From the human T2T-CHM13v2.0 reference genome, Homo sapiens: a stretch of DNA of 64,000 nucleotides. Numbering within the stretch: position 1 is the first letter of the stretch; each line of letters starts with the position of its first letter. This document shows, piece by piece, positions 1-18,941 of the stretch. A model generated the notes under the pieces. That model was not told the origin of the DNA, made no database searches, and saw only the letters and a list, made by a program, of their open reading frames with translations. The translations under genes were made by a program, and so were the position numbers. Location of the stretch: the NCBI RefSeq assembly GCF_009914755.1, contig NC_060947.1. One strand, given 5' to 3'.

Positions 1-202
<202 letters not shown>

Positions 203-556
203 TCAGGCAAAAGGGACTCTTAAAGAATATTTAGTTCCAATTAAAATATAATAAAATAAACACAAGTTTGTGGAGTAATCTTTATGTCTTCTATAGTAGT
301 AGTAGTATGTTTACTGTTGTTATTTTTATTGCCCTCCTGCGAAGCAGAGGTGGCTATTTGGTGACTCTTTAAAAATTTTTTTAGGGAAAAAAACACACTA
401 GTATAAATTTTAATTCCTTGGCCTGTTTTTAAATGACACAAACTTGTAAATTAAAATGAAGGAAAAAAGAGCTTTACAAGTGGAGAGTCTCAATTCACTA
501 AAATAATGCCAACAAGGTAAGCTTGCATAGAAGAATTTTCAAATTATTACTGGCTA

Positions 557-886
<330 letters not shown>

Positions 887-1283
887 GTGCTGGTGTTATA
901 ATCATAGGGCAAAACCATGACGATTGTGGTGCCTTTTACTGCCTAAGGTTGAGAAATAGACTATAGTACCTCCAGTTATCACAGTTTCTGGTCCTTTAAT
1001 AAATGATTTCTGACAAATACCAAGTATTTCTACCAAATACTTGTCCCCATACTTGCCCTGACCAAAGTGGTTTCATGAGTGAAGTCTTCGCTCCACCCAA
1101 GGGAACTCCTACAGCAAACCTACCTGCATATGGAAAGGGGACCCTAGTTAATATGGCAGGCCCATTTAACTCACTGTAAGCATTTTACATGTTGACCACA
1201 CATACAGTAATCAAGATCCAGCCTTTCAACCAACAACACAGGACACCTATTCTTGAAGACCTCCCTAACTTTCCTCAGTATAG

Positions 1284-1702
<419 letters not shown>

Positions 1703-2751
1703 TAGACTTTTCAAAAGGTATCCATGAACAGCTAGTTTTAAACGAATCAATGTCCAGATTCAACTTCCAGTGGTACACTTTCCTAATATTAACTAGGTCA
1801 AGAAAGTCTCTGGGTCCAAAGCCATGCTTACTCCACTTTACAAAAGAAAGGCACCACCCAAACCTTAATATGTTGCATTGGAAGGGGTGGAGGGCGATTT
1901 AGCCTTCAGGGCAAACCAAATGGAAATCTCAGTTAGTGACCATTCAAAGCACCATGAACCTATGAAAGCTTCCTGTCTTTCCCTGTCTTACACACATTTC
2001 TGTTACAGGTGAAGCCTAGTGTTAGAAACTCAATATGGTAGAGTGGAGAATAATGCAAATTTTTGCCCAACAACTTTGCCTCTTCTCCCAACTATTGTCA
2101 AAAAACACATGGATCTTTAGGGATAAGGCCCAAGAACTCAAAGCAAAAGGAGCATTGGAAAGAAATAGTGAATTCTAAAAAAATGGCTTTTTCATGTAGT
2201 CAAGGGTAAGCATTTTTTCAGCTATTCTTAACACTCATATTGAATCCTAAAAATGGCTTTTCTCTTGTAGATAAGAGTAAGCACTTTTTTCCAGCTATTT
2301 ACTTGAAAATCACTTCAATAAACCAAAGCTATATAGGCTGGTACTGCTGCTTCTTAGAAATGTGACTAGAATATTTTCTAGAATTATCAAATTTTTCAAG
2401 ATACATTGGAATAGACACATGGGTAAAACATTTACATAATTTTTTACAGGCTTCATACGCATTACTTAAAAAGGAAGTTAAAAACCTGTGTTATCAACTT
2501 ATATCATAAAATATTTATTCTATTTACAGGTCATCCTAATTCATCTCATTGTCTATAATGTTTATTTTCTACCTCTTTATAACAAAAAATAAAATTATTA
2601 TCTGCCTCCAGACCAATTACTTTTTAATAATATATGCCCCCTTTCTATCTTTAAATACATAGGAAAAGTTTAGTCATGGTATCTACTAAAGATAACTATT
2701 TCTGTTTTTCATATTTATTTGATTATTCCCAAAAGGCAAACACTAGAATTT

Positions 2752-2752
2752 G

Positions 2753-2794
<42 letters not shown>

Positions 2795-2800
2795 ACACAC
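2752..2800. repeat. (TA)n(CA)n microsatellite
   Basis: Seen directly. Confidence 0.9.
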
Positions 2801-4161
2801 GTGTGCCAATATTTAGAGAAGGAATAACATGCCTTTTAAAAATCATACTCTTCTTCGTATAAATATCACATAATTTTATGTATAAATTACATTGCATTAC
2901 TACAAATTAAGTGCATTGATTTATTGTCTTGTCTTGTTTATAACTTATTATATTAGATCTACATCATTTTAATCTTGACTGATTCTATTTTACATAATCC
3001 ATTCTATCATTTATTTTTGAGTGTTTTTTATAAAGCTTCTTGAAATACATTAATACATTTGAACTGAAAATACATTAATGCATTTGAATTGAAAAGACAT
3101 TTTCTTGGTTTGTAGGTTTTTAGTAGGTTTGACAATGAGGACTGGTTTTGCCAATTTGGTTGGATGGTGTTTTCTGCAAAGTTAGTAATCTGAAACTGTA
3201 GCCCTGAGATTTTGTTTTTTAAAAAAGGTTGTAAGCAAATGATAAAAGCATTTTATCAAAAATTACTTGATTGGCAATGATGTAATTAAATTACTAATAT
3301 TTCCATTTCCCAAATCCTTTCTGGCTATATCTAGTTGAATAAGTTGCTTTCAAGTAAAAGAATAAGGGATATAATTAAGAGTCATTTAATAACTCTTGAT
3401 ATAGCCTTTTGTTAGAAGTCCCAGAAAGAGAAAAAGCAAATGATTCTAATAGCTTGGCAACAAATCCTTTTGCAGGTCAGGTCATTTCTAATCCATTGCT
3501 TGCAACAAATTTGAAGGAGGATCTTAACAAATTGTCACTTGATAGACCATTAAAATTACTTTTGATGGCAATAATAATAATAAATTATGTTGTTATTTTT
3601 GGTAAATAACTCAGAAGTTCAAAGAATTGAGTGGCATCACTGTAACAAACTCCTTCCATTCTATCTACACATTTGCATGAACAACATATTTCAGCACTTA
3701 TAACTATGACAAGGAAAAAATAGGGATAAAATTGATGTTAAACCCTGCCTCATTCTAGCAGTCAGTTATATTCATCCATAAGTACATCTCCAGGTACATA
3801 CTATTCATCTCATTAAGAGATACATTGCTGTCCAAATTTATGTCTATGTTAACAATTATTTATCAAAGTGTATATAATGTGGTGCTTTGGTTAGTTATGC
3901 TCTAATTTATATACATATTTTTGTTTCAGAGAAGTATGATACAGTGATCACTAAAAGATTTGCAAACATTAAAACACATCACATTAGGAAAAATTATGGG
4001 AGAGAAGCAGAATGAAAATATAAGTTTGAGGGAAAAAATGAAACTTATAAATATTTAAAAGTTAAAAAATAGCTTGTTATATGTTTTGTAAATTGTTGAT
4101 GATATATTTCAAAGCATTATAGTATTTAGATGCCAATAGATGCATTAAAGTGATGGGGTAA

Positions 4162-4483
<322 letters not shown>

Positions 4484-5364
4484 CCATAATTTTGTTTTAA
4501 AATGTCAATATTGGATTTCTGGTTTCCAGTCTGGTAGGTAAGGAGCTTAAAAGTGGCCACTCGGTCCTGACAACAAGTAAAAACTGAACAAACTGACAAA
4601 TCTACAGGTCTTCTTAGATCCATCAGAGAACTGAGGTCACAGGGCAAACCACTACTCCCAAAATTGGAGAGAGAAACAGGCAGATAGAGAGAATATTAGC
4701 TTACTAGAGCAGAAACCCACAAGCAGAGCTACCTCCCCAGGAACCAGTGCTGGGATAGGAAAATTTAAACTGACAAATCGCTGGCACCTCAGTGTGGACA
4801 AGTCTAAGAGTTCAAGAAGCCAGGGGACAAATACTTTTGTGGGTTTTACCTCCAGGAGCTCAAGTAGGGCCTCAGAGTGACAGAGCAAAACCCTGTCTCT
4901 TAAAAAATACATAAAAATAAAAATAAAAGTTTATATGGAAAGGAAAAAGATCCAGAAAAACCAAATTGATATTGAAGGAGAAGAAAGTGTCAGAAAACTG
5001 ACACTATCTGACTTCAAAACCTACTATAAAGCTACAGTAATCAAGACAGTGTGGTATTGGCAAAAAGAACAGACAAATACATCAATGGAACAGACAGAAA
5101 GCCCAGAAATAGACCCAGACAAATATACAGAGAGCCAGTCTTTGACAAAGGAGCAAAGGCAAGCAAACATAGACCTTTCAACAAATGGAACAAATGGACA
5201 TTCACATGCAAAAAAAAAAAAAAATTAATCTAGACATAACCTTACATCCTTCACAAAAATCAAATGTAAATGCCAAACTATATGTAAATGTAAAATGCCA
5301 AACTATAAAACTCTACAGAAGAAAACCCAGATGGGTTTCTTCTGGGTATGGTGGTGACTTTTTA

Positions 5365-5946
<582 letters not shown>

Positions 5947-6143
5947 CTACAGATGGCCAGGAAGCACATGAAAAATGTTCAATATCATATGTCACTAGGA
6001 AATTGAAAATTAAAACAACCTACTATACACCTATTAGAATGACAAAAGTCCAAAACATTGATACCACCAAATGCTGGCAAGGACATGACGCAATAGGATC
6101 TCTCATTTATTGCTGGTGGGAATGCAAAATGGTACAGCCACTT

Positions 6144-6186
6144 CGATCTGCAGTTGAATGCTCTACCTCTGAGCTATACCCACTCC
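6144..6186 (-). pseudogene. tRNA-Cys(GCA) 5'-half retropseudogene, no poly(A) tail
   Basis: Minus strand GGAGTGGGTATAGCTCAGAGGTAGAGCATTCAACTGCAGATCG; D-arm and anticodon arm with GCA; perfect 14-bp TSD TGGTACAGCCACTT at 6130-6143 and 6187-6200. Confidence 0.88.
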
Positions 6187-7061
6187 TGGTACAGCCACTT
6201 TGGAAAACAGTTTGGCAGTTTCTTACAAAACTAGACATATTCCTACCATGCAGTCTAGCAATCACACTCCTTGGTATTTATCCAAATGAACTGAAAATGT
6301 ATGTCCATACAAAAACCTCCACATGGATGCTTATAGCAACTTTATTCATATTTGCCAAAATGCGGAAGCCACTAAGATGTCCTTCGGCAGATGAATGGAT
6401 AAACTGTGGTACATCCAGACAATGGAACATTATTCAGCGCCAAAAAGAAATGAGCTAGCAAGCCATGAAAAGACATTGAGGAGCATTAATTGAATATTAT
6501 GAAGTAAAAGAAGCCAATCTGAAAAAGCTACATGCTGTATAATTCTAATTATATGATGTTCTAGAAAAAGTAAAACTACACTAAAAAGAACAGTGGTTGT
6601 CAGGGGTTACAGGGAGGAAGAGATGAATAGGTAGAGCATATAGGATTTTTAGGGCAGTAAAAATAGTATCTGTATGATACTATCATTGTGGATACCTGTC
6701 ATTATACAATGTACATCTATGAGTTTGGACAATGTAAAATTTTATCCAAACCCATAGAAGGTATAACGTTAAGAGTGAACCCTAATGTAAACTATGGACT
6801 TGAGGTGATAATGATGTGTCAATGTAGGCTAATGGATTGTAACAAATGCATCAGGCTGGGGCAGGATATTCATAGTAGGGGAAGTTGTGCCTGTGCGAGA
6901 AAGGAGTATACAAGGATTCGCTGTACTTTCCAGTCAATTTTTCTGTGAACCTAAAACTTCTCTAAAAAATAAAGTTTATTAATTTTTAAAAAGGCTAATA
7001 CTCACAATATTCCAGAATTTACATCTTTTATAACTACTTAAATTAAGAAGCAGATATCTAA

Positions 7062-7382
7062 ATTTTATTTACTTATTTTATTTATTTATTTATTTATTTG
7101 AGATGGCGTCTCGCTCTGTCACTCAGGCTGGGGTGCAGTGGTACAATCTCAGCTCCCTGAAACCTCCACCTCCCAGGTTCAAGTGGCTCTAGTGCCTCAG
7201 CCTCCTGAGTAGCTGGGATTACAGGCACCTGCCACCATACCCAGCTAATTTTTGTATTTTTAGTAGAGATGGGGTTTCACCATGTTGGCCAGGCTGGTTT
7301 AGAACTCCTGACCTCATGTGATCTGCCTGCCTCGGCCTCAAAAAGTGCTGGGATTACAGGCGTGAGCCACTGCACCCGGCCT
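7062..7382 (-). mobile_element. Alu
   Basis: Full dimer. Confidence 0.92.
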
Positions 7383-7491
7383 GATATATAAATTTTAGAC
7401 ATCTGCTTTAAACTGTATAAGAAGGTATACAGATTTTTCAAAATTCTTTTAGAGATTGTGGGGAACAAAATTTCAAGACTCCTAGTCTAAG

Positions 7492-8270
<779 letters not shown>

Positions 8271-8296
8271 CAGTCTGCCTATACACAGGAGGTTAG

Positions 8297-8668
<372 letters not shown>

Positions 8669-8822
8669 AGGATGTCACTGAATTTTATTAGCAGAGTGGT
8701 TAGAAGATATTTCATAGTATTACAATTCGATTATTTTAAATGAGATGATAAGAATAAGAAATCTACAGAGAAAAGAACACACTGAAATTATTTATTATTG
8801 TTTGTGTTGCCCATGGTTGGTG

Positions 8823-8997
8823 TTTTTCTTGTTTGTTTTAGAGATGAAGTCTCACTGTGTTGTGCAGGCTGGAATGCAATAGCTATGCAGAGGTACGATC
8901 ATAGCTCACTATACCCTTGAACTCCTGGGTCCAGGTGATCCTCTTGCCTCAGTCTCCTGGGTAGCTGGCACTACAGGCATGCACCACCATGCCCAGC
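8823..8997 (-). mobile_element. Alu monomer (FRAM/J-type)
   Basis: Single diverged arm. Confidence 0.8.
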
Positions 8998-9619
8998 TTT
9001 CACTCTTACTCTGTCACTGTTCCCAGAAGTCTACATACTATTTCTTTATAGCTTGATGCTGTATTGTTTTATTTTCTTCCTGTACTCCAGTCCTTGTCAC
9101 TTACCAAAGGATACAGTCTCATGGTCATCCAAGTAGTTCAATATGCCCTTGACTTCCACAACCCATGTAATAGCCATTAAGGGAATATCTGAAATTCTGT
9201 GTAAACCTACTATAGAGGACATCGTTCTTTGGATTACTCAATGCCCCTTACACAGTGACCCTCTGAAACAGTTATCTCAGAACTCAGGCAGGAAAAACTA
9301 GTTCTTCCTGATGGTACAATTCAGCTTCTAGAGTTTGAGAGTGATAGAATGACTGTGTGGCCCCCTTTGCTATAGCTGCTAAAAAGTCCAGGATTTCTTA
9401 TTGAAATTTTTCTCCTTCTCTTCTGCTTTATTTCTTGGCTCCAAACTTCTGCCCATATTAATTTCCCTGAGTACTGAATCATCTGTGCTTTTATGGAAAG
9501 CCTCCTTAAGATACACAAATCAAAAAACTAACATGTCACCATGTCTTCTCTGCTTGCCTCACACTGTTGTCTTGACTGGTGAGAATCCTGCACAAGGAAG
9601 ACTGGATGTTCTGGCTTTT

Positions 9620-9920
9620 GAGTGCTTTTATTTCATTCAGGTCTCTGCACAAATGTCACCTCCTCAGAGAGGTCTTCCCTGACCTTTATACCTAAAACAT
9701 CCCTCCTTCCTCCGCCCAGTCACTCTTTTCTCTTTTCCTATATTTCTTCATAGTACCACTACTACATATTTACTTGTTTAGTGGGCAATGACTGCCTCTC
9801 CCTCAGACTGCAAGTTCTCTGAGGACATAGACAGTCTGTTTTGTTCATGGCTGCATCCCCAGTGTACAGAAAAATGCCTGGCACATAGTAAGAGTTCAAT
9901 AAAGAGTTGTTAGATGAAGG
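9620..9920 (+). mobile_element. L2 3' end
   Basis: AAATGTCACCTCCTCAGAGAGG...CCTGGCACATAGTAAG..TCAATAAA pattern. Confidence 0.75.
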
Positions 9921-10372
<452 letters not shown>

Positions 10373-10675
10373 TCAGTGAGTCAGTGAAACCATTGTTGCC
10401 TAATGACCTAGAGAGCTGCTGATATTAACTGACTGCCTCCTCCAATTTACAAGAACGTACTGAAAACTACACATTTCCTTTTATCTTACTTTGGATGTGA
10501 TAACCCAGGGCCACAGCTAGTGTTCCTGTTAACTGTGACCCACACCTAACCACCTCCAAACTTAGGCCACCCAAATGACCAAAGCCCAAACACTGCAGAG
10601 GTCTCTCCAGGGCCCCAGTAGCCTAGGACCAGACTCCAGGTGGTAGTGCTCTCTCAAGGAATGGTTTTCAGGCTA

Positions 10676-11173
<498 letters not shown>

Positions 11174-12022
11174 TTAATTGCAGAAGGTAACAAAATTCTT
11201 TAAAAAACAGTTATGTAGTCTCTTACCAGTACTTTTTTCCCCCAGTAGAGGTGTAAGACTTGATGGTGCCTAGTTTATATGCCACAAAAACTGATTACTC
11301 TGAATGAATATGCTCCTTCCTGAAGCTGCACAAGTGAAATACAGGTCTTCCTAGTCAGGTACTATCCCTTTTAGCCAAAAAGAAATAGGCCTCCTGGAGG
11401 AGGAAAATTTCAGTCCACATCTAACGATCCTTCTCTTTCCATAGACTTAGCGAGTAAATTGGTCCCTTCGTTGTGAACCAAGATTACCTCGGTATATAAA
11501 TCTCCATGTCTTTAACACACTGCTACAAATTCAACTAAGTGGGGCTGTTACAAGCCACTAGTGTTAGCACAACATTGTCTTAAGTGCTGCAGGTCACACA
11601 AAAGAAATAGACGATGACCTTGTTTGTTCTTCATCATCCTAACTCCCTTTAGTTCTTTGAGATTTGAAATCAGAATAATATTGCTTCTCTTATCCCTCTA
11701 GAAAATTTTAGGAACATAATTTGGATCAAGCCTTAAACACTAATAGAAAGGCATTAATGGAAAACATGAAGCATTTACCCTTGGTGGTACTATCAGTCCA
11801 TCTCTCTCTGAGGATCAGGGTTATACAATCCCATGATGTAACTTCCCCTATGGTTTTTCAAACATCATTTTAAATTTCAGGCAGTGAACAAGCGAGCCAG
11901 TATGGGCTGAATTGGAAGCATTAACAATGTGAGATTTTTACTGATGGAACTCTGAAAGGGGCTCTTTTCAGAAAGCATACAATAAAAGAGTTTTCTAGAC
12001 AAAAAGAAAATGCACTTCTTAC

Positions 12023-12139
12023 CTCCTACCAACAAGTAGCTGTTGGGAAACAGTGTTTTTGCTTGCATAAGGGCTCTTGCATGACCTGAGTGGAAGAGGT
12101 CAAATATTCCATCGGCGTATACTCTGACAGGCCTGTCAG
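12023..12139 (-). CDS. PCYT1B: PCYT1B coding exon 3 (117 nt, (A)[38 protein letters not shown]), start of the cytidylyltransferase domain
   Basis: TTTCTCCCACAG acceptor, GAG|GTAAGA donor; phase 1 to 1; contains the HxGH (HSGH) CTP-binding motif; tail seen in ORF 11877..12068. Confidence 0.97.
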
Positions 12140-12559
12140 CTGTGGGAGAAAGAAAACACTGTTAACAGAACTGCAGAATGAGGAATCCCAGTTACCTTCT
12201 ATCAGTCGTAAGAAACTTTCTGGATAAGACACAATCTCTACATACCATCAGTTTCATATCAGTGCACGAAATTGATTTTAAAGGGGTTCTTCTGAAGACA
12301 TCAAAGCAGAGCAAAAACATAACAAACTTAAGATCAAACCAGGGAACACACTATTTTAGCCAACAGAAGAGACAAAAACAGAGCACTGAGGAGTTCTCTT
12401 GACCCAGAGTGGAGTCTAGGTGCCTGAGCCGGCAGAGTCAGCCCAGCTGGAACACGTAGGCAGGAGTAACTGAGGAGCTCAATGGAAAAGGCAAATGGCT
12501 TCATCCTTGGGTGTGGCAGTCCTGAATGAAGACCCCAAGTCCCTGTTCTCAAAGGCAAC

Positions 12560-12741
12560 GATGTACTGGAATCTGTTCACATGGCTCACCTTACAACCTT
12601 TCTTCCCAACTCCAGGTCACGTTGGTAGCCTGAAGTCAGCCACGATAGAGTGCTTCCACGACAGAAGTTGGCAAATGCTACAAATCAGGGCTTATTTCCC
12701 GCTAGAGGACCAGCTGTTAAACCTTTACTAGCATACCACTG
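12560..12741. mobile_element. MER63-like hAT fossil
   Basis: TTGGCAAATGCTACAAATCAGGGC...AGCATACCACTG terminus. Confidence 0.5.
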
Positions 12742-13308
12742 CAAGGCCACTCCCTAACCTCTTTGGTATAATAAGAGATTAGGGACATACGCCTCAAAGG
12801 GAGGAGAGTCAGGATGTAATGTTGCATGTAGAAGTGGTGCTCAGGGCTGAAGATGAACAACCAACACTATAGTCCTTCCTAGGGAGAAAGGTCAAAAGTG
12901 AAGAGGTCACACAGACAGTGGCATCTAGTGCTCTAAAAAGTGCTGTTCCAAGAGGAAGAGGGACACACTTCAGTACAGCACCTCCAGGAACCAGGAGACC
13001 AGGATAACACTATTGCTCAGCCAGGCCAAAGACCCATCCCCTTCAAGTCAGAGAGAGAAATTGGGTATAGACTTCCATCAATTTGGTAGACAAAGCAAGT
13101 CACAAAATTATTCTTTTTAACTGGTTGGAGGAAGGAAGTTGCAGCTCTGTTATATCCCCATCATGATACTCTGGAAGATGCCTCCTACATTTATATAGAA
13201 AATTCTATGTATTTTGCCAACCTTGACACCTTTCTAGACTCTCAACAAAGGAACTAGAATGTGAAAATCCAAGAAGATTCAAAAATGGATGACAGGAGAA
13301 AGAAGTAG

Positions 13309-13732
<424 letters not shown>

Positions 13733-13837
13733 TAATAATGTTCTTTAAAAGGAAATACAAAGACCATCAGTTAAATATGGTGAACTGAACATACACATTA
13801 TCTCTACTTTCTCCCAGAAACACCACAACAATTACTA

Positions 13838-13895
13838 AGAGTTAAAAGTTACAGAGTTAAGAGTTAAAAGTTAAAGTTAAAAGTTAAGTTAAAAA
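13838..13895. repeat. Degenerate (A)nGTT short tandem repeat
   Basis: AGAGTTAAAAGTTACAGAGTTAAGAGTTAAAAGTTAAAGTTAAAAGTTAAGTT. Confidence 0.8.
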
Positions 13896-14085
13896 GATAT
13901 AATCCTCCCAAGGGCAGAGAAAACAAGAAAGGCAATGACAATGGATGAGAGATGTCAACAACATTATGGAAAGTTGACTGTCAAGTGTTGAGTGCCTACA
14001 GGGAATAAGAATCAGGGGTGAAGAAGGTGGAGAAAGGGACCGCTAGTTTTCTTTATAAGCTGGGAGTACTACTGACTTTTAAAAA

Positions 14086-14390
14086 TAGTCGGGCGTGGTG
14101 GCTCAAGCCTGTAATCCATGCACTTTGGGAGGCTGAGGCAGGGGTGGATCACTTGAGGTCAGGAGCTCCAGACCAGCCTGGCCAACATGGTGAAACCCTG
14201 TTTCTACTAAAAATACAAAAATTAGCCAGATATGGTGGTAGGCGCCTGCAATACTAGCTACTCGGGAGGCTGAGGCAGTAGAATCACTTGAACTCAGGAG
14301 GCAGAGGCTGCAATGAGCTGATTGCGCCACTGCACTCCAGCCTGGGTGGCAGAGATAGACCGTGTCTCAAATTATATATATATATATATG
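14086..14390 (+). mobile_element. Alu with (TA)n tail
   Basis: Full dimer. Confidence 0.92.
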
Positions 14391-15657
14391 CATGTATTAC
14401 ATTGATGTTATAAAAATAAATTTAAAAAAGAAATCAATGCCAACTTCTGTTAAATGATCTTTAAGACTTAGATTTAAAATTGTGATTATTTCTTGATGCA
14501 ATGCAACCTCATTAATTTGGAACATAAAGAAATGTTACATTAATAGATTCAGATGATACAATGTTTCTAATAAATTAAATTTCTCTAATAAAAAAAGTTG
14601 AGAGACTTTATGTCAGATAGGGAATTGCAATTATTTCCAATTATACACAAATTTGAACAAACAGAATTGCCTTCATAGGATTATACTGTATTCTAAATAA
14701 GGCACAGTAAATAGAAAATGCTTTGAAATAACAAACTGTCTAATGAGGGAGCCTTGCTTTCAATGTTCTTATTCAATGTGAATTCAATTGAGGAAAATTT
14801 GTTTTAAGATATAAACCCCAGGGGAAAGCAGATGGCAGTTTTGTAAAACTTTTTGTTATTGATTCAGAGGTGATCAAGAGAAATGAATTCAGGAAGCAGG
14901 GAGGAAAGAAAAGTAAAGAAAGAAGACGTAATTACTGAGAAAAAGGCCATTTAGTAAATCTGAAGAGTATTTACAAAGTTGATTTTGCAATAAGCTCACT
15001 TTTAAAAATTGTGGTGTGTCAGCAATTTCCAGACTGTGGGAAATTCTCCAGGACTCCCCTCCCTGCCAAAAAAGGACCCTGATCTTTCATCTCTTCAACA
15101 AATAAACTTCAAGGCAAAAAAGAGAGAGAGAGAAAGAAAAAGAGAAATGAAAGGGGGATCTGCAGATTGAAAGAGATTTTAAAAACATATCAACCTACTG
15201 TAAAGTATGGACATTATTGGGTTCAAACAAGCTATATATAAATGATGACATAAGATAATTAGAAATTGGAACACTGAATATTTGGTGATATCAAGGAATT
15301 ATTGTTTTTTCAGGTAAGATCATGATACAGTGGTTATGTTTAATAAAACCAGAGCTCTTATTTTTCAGACATATACACAGAATTCTAGGAAGTCTGGGAT
15401 TTTGTTTCAAATCATTCAAGAGGACAGAGTAGACAGAGGTGTGCATGGTGCAAGACTGGCCATGGGTTAGTGGTTGTTAGGTATGAGTGACAGGCACAGG
15501 AAGGTTCATTATATTGTTCTACTTCTGTGTGTGTTTGAAATACTCTATAATAAAGCTTTAAAAAAAAACAGAGTATGGCTTTTTAGTTTGTATGTTGATC
15601 TGTTTTAATCTTTTGTTTGAGATTTTTCTGGATATGCTTTTAGGCATCTGGGGACTC

Positions 15658-15699
15658 TCCAGAGCATCTATGTGAGATTCCAGAGCATCTATGTGAGAT
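15658..15699. repeat. Perfect 21-bp tandem duplication
   Basis: TCCAGAGCATCTATGTGAGAT x2. Confidence 0.95.
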
Positions 15700-15789
15700 A
15701 CCACTGACCTGTGAAGCTGGAGGTTTGGCAATGACCAGGAGCCAATTGAAAACAAAAAAAGATGTCAGAGTACAACTATTGCATGGCTA

Positions 15790-16590
<801 letters not shown>

Positions 16591-16594
16591 TGAC

Positions 16595-17050
16595 GTTTGC
16601 TCTTCAAAAGACATTTTTACAAAAATGAAAAGGTGAGTCATAGACTGGGAGAAAATATTTGCAAAATATAGGACTTGTATCTAGAATATATAAAGAACTC
16701 TCAAACCTCAGTAAGATGAACAACCCACCACCCAGTTAAATAAAGCAAAAATATCGAACAGACATTTCACTAAAGAAAATAAATACAAGGATGGCAAATA
16801 AACACAAGAGAAGATCCTCAATAACATTAGTCATTAGGGAAATACAAACGAAAACCACAATGAGATAACACTTCATACACACTAGAATGGCTAAAAAATG
16901 TTTTTTAATTGGCCATACCAAGTGATGGTGAGAATGCAGAGCAACTGGAATGCTCATAAACTGCAGATAGGAATTTAAAGTGGTACAATCGCTTTGGAAA
17001 GCAGTTTGGCAGTTGTTTAAAAAGTTAAACACACACCTGCCATACAGCCA
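16595..17050 (+). mobile_element. Old L1 ORF2 3' fragment
   Basis: GACTGGGAGAAAATATTTGCAA...AAAACCACAATGAGATA...TTTGGAAAGCAGTTTGGCAGTT. Confidence 0.8.
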
Positions 17051-17947
17051 AACAGGAGGTAATCACCAACCACGTTACGTTTAAATTCACACTACTGTGG
17101 GGTATGTTAGGCGTTTTTTGGTATTTGCTTCAGATTCAAGCAACAATAAAATAGTGATTGATCATCTTTGATTATGGCTATTAACAAGGCTTGGATTGTG
17201 GCTATTTTAAGGCATTTAAACAGTACCTTAGAAATACACACAATTCACAAAACACATGTATTTCACTTAATCTTTGCATCAACCCTATGAGGGAGCCAGG
17301 TGAAAGTAGACTTATCATTTCATGGATGGGCAAATGGAGGCTCAGTGAAGTTAAGCATCTTACCCAATGTCATACAACCAATTTACGATGATGTTTGAGT
17401 GCAAATCAAACTCACCACTCTTTCTTCTACCTTGTTGGTACCTGCTAGAAAACTACATGCTGATATGAATTCTTGTCTTTAAAACAAAACAGAAACTATT
17501 ATTAAACACCCAGTAATTATGGCAACTAGTACTGTTTTTTGTATAACTGATGTGCAAAAAAAGTGGCACAAGTTAAGCTTTTAAAATCTTATAGTTACAT
17601 ATTTATTTTATATAATTTATGTAGTTTTATATAAACTTTGTAGTTACCTTCTGCTTATCATTAGCCATTGCTACTAGCTAATGATACTATTTTCTGTAAA
17701 TGATAGTGATTGATGTTTGCTTTTTAAAATACATTAAAGTTTTAGAACAGTGAGTATATGTAAAGAAAAATTATTAAGTAAATTACATCACAGATGATAC
17801 ATGAATAAGGCAGATTCATTAAGGCGGCTCTTGAAAAATGTAGTCAGGGAAATTCTACACACTGTGGAAACAGATAATACAAACTTCCTTTTTGAAAAGG
17901 AAAGTAGAAAATCAGAACCGAGATTCCCTTTAAGAAAAGTCAGTTTA

Positions 17948-18295
<348 letters not shown>

Positions 18296-18693
18296 GGCAG
18301 TTTTAATGAAAAGGAACCTATGAAACAATCTCCTGGACTTTTCCTTTATGTCAAGACAGGATTTATTCTCCATGCATCAGAATACATACAACACTGTGTA
18401 TGTGCACAGCTCCACAGCTGGACTAGCTAAGACCAAAGGTGCCGATTCTGATTGCTTTTTTGATTTATTCTGTTCTTTCTCTTGAAGTTTCATCACCCTT
18501 GTGACCTCACAAACAAGGTCAAAAAGCTAAGAGCTATGGGCAGAGTTTGTCATTACCTCTTCTAGAATTTGTACCCCCAGCCCCTGTTTGGGCAGTTCTA
18601 AATTTGTAAAACACATTTTAGGCAATTATATTATGTCATAAAATATGGCTAGTGTAGGAGATGGTAAGAGAGTCCAGTTATAGCTATAATCTA

Positions 18694-18840
18694 GGCCAGG
18701 CACAGTGGCTCATGCCTGTAATCCCAATACTTAGGGAGGCTGAGATGGGCAGATCACTTGAGTCCAGGAGTTCAAGACCAGCCTGGCCAACATGGCGAAA
18801 CCAGCTCCACTAAAAATACAAAAGAAAAACAAACAAAAAA
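18694..18840 (+). mobile_element. Alu left monomer (FLAM-like)
   Basis: Single arm + A-rich tail; TSD CTATAATCT. Confidence 0.85.
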
Positions 18841-18941
18841 CTATAATCTTGAAGAGCATTATCAAATACCAAATTCTGCTATGTTTTGTCTTTTTTGAGG
18901 GCACGCTCAAGACAGTGCCACAAACAGGTAAATTGCTTACT

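Noticed and set aside
6144-6186. Functional tRNA-Cys gene
   Set aside because: Lacks the T arm/B box and the 3' acceptor strand
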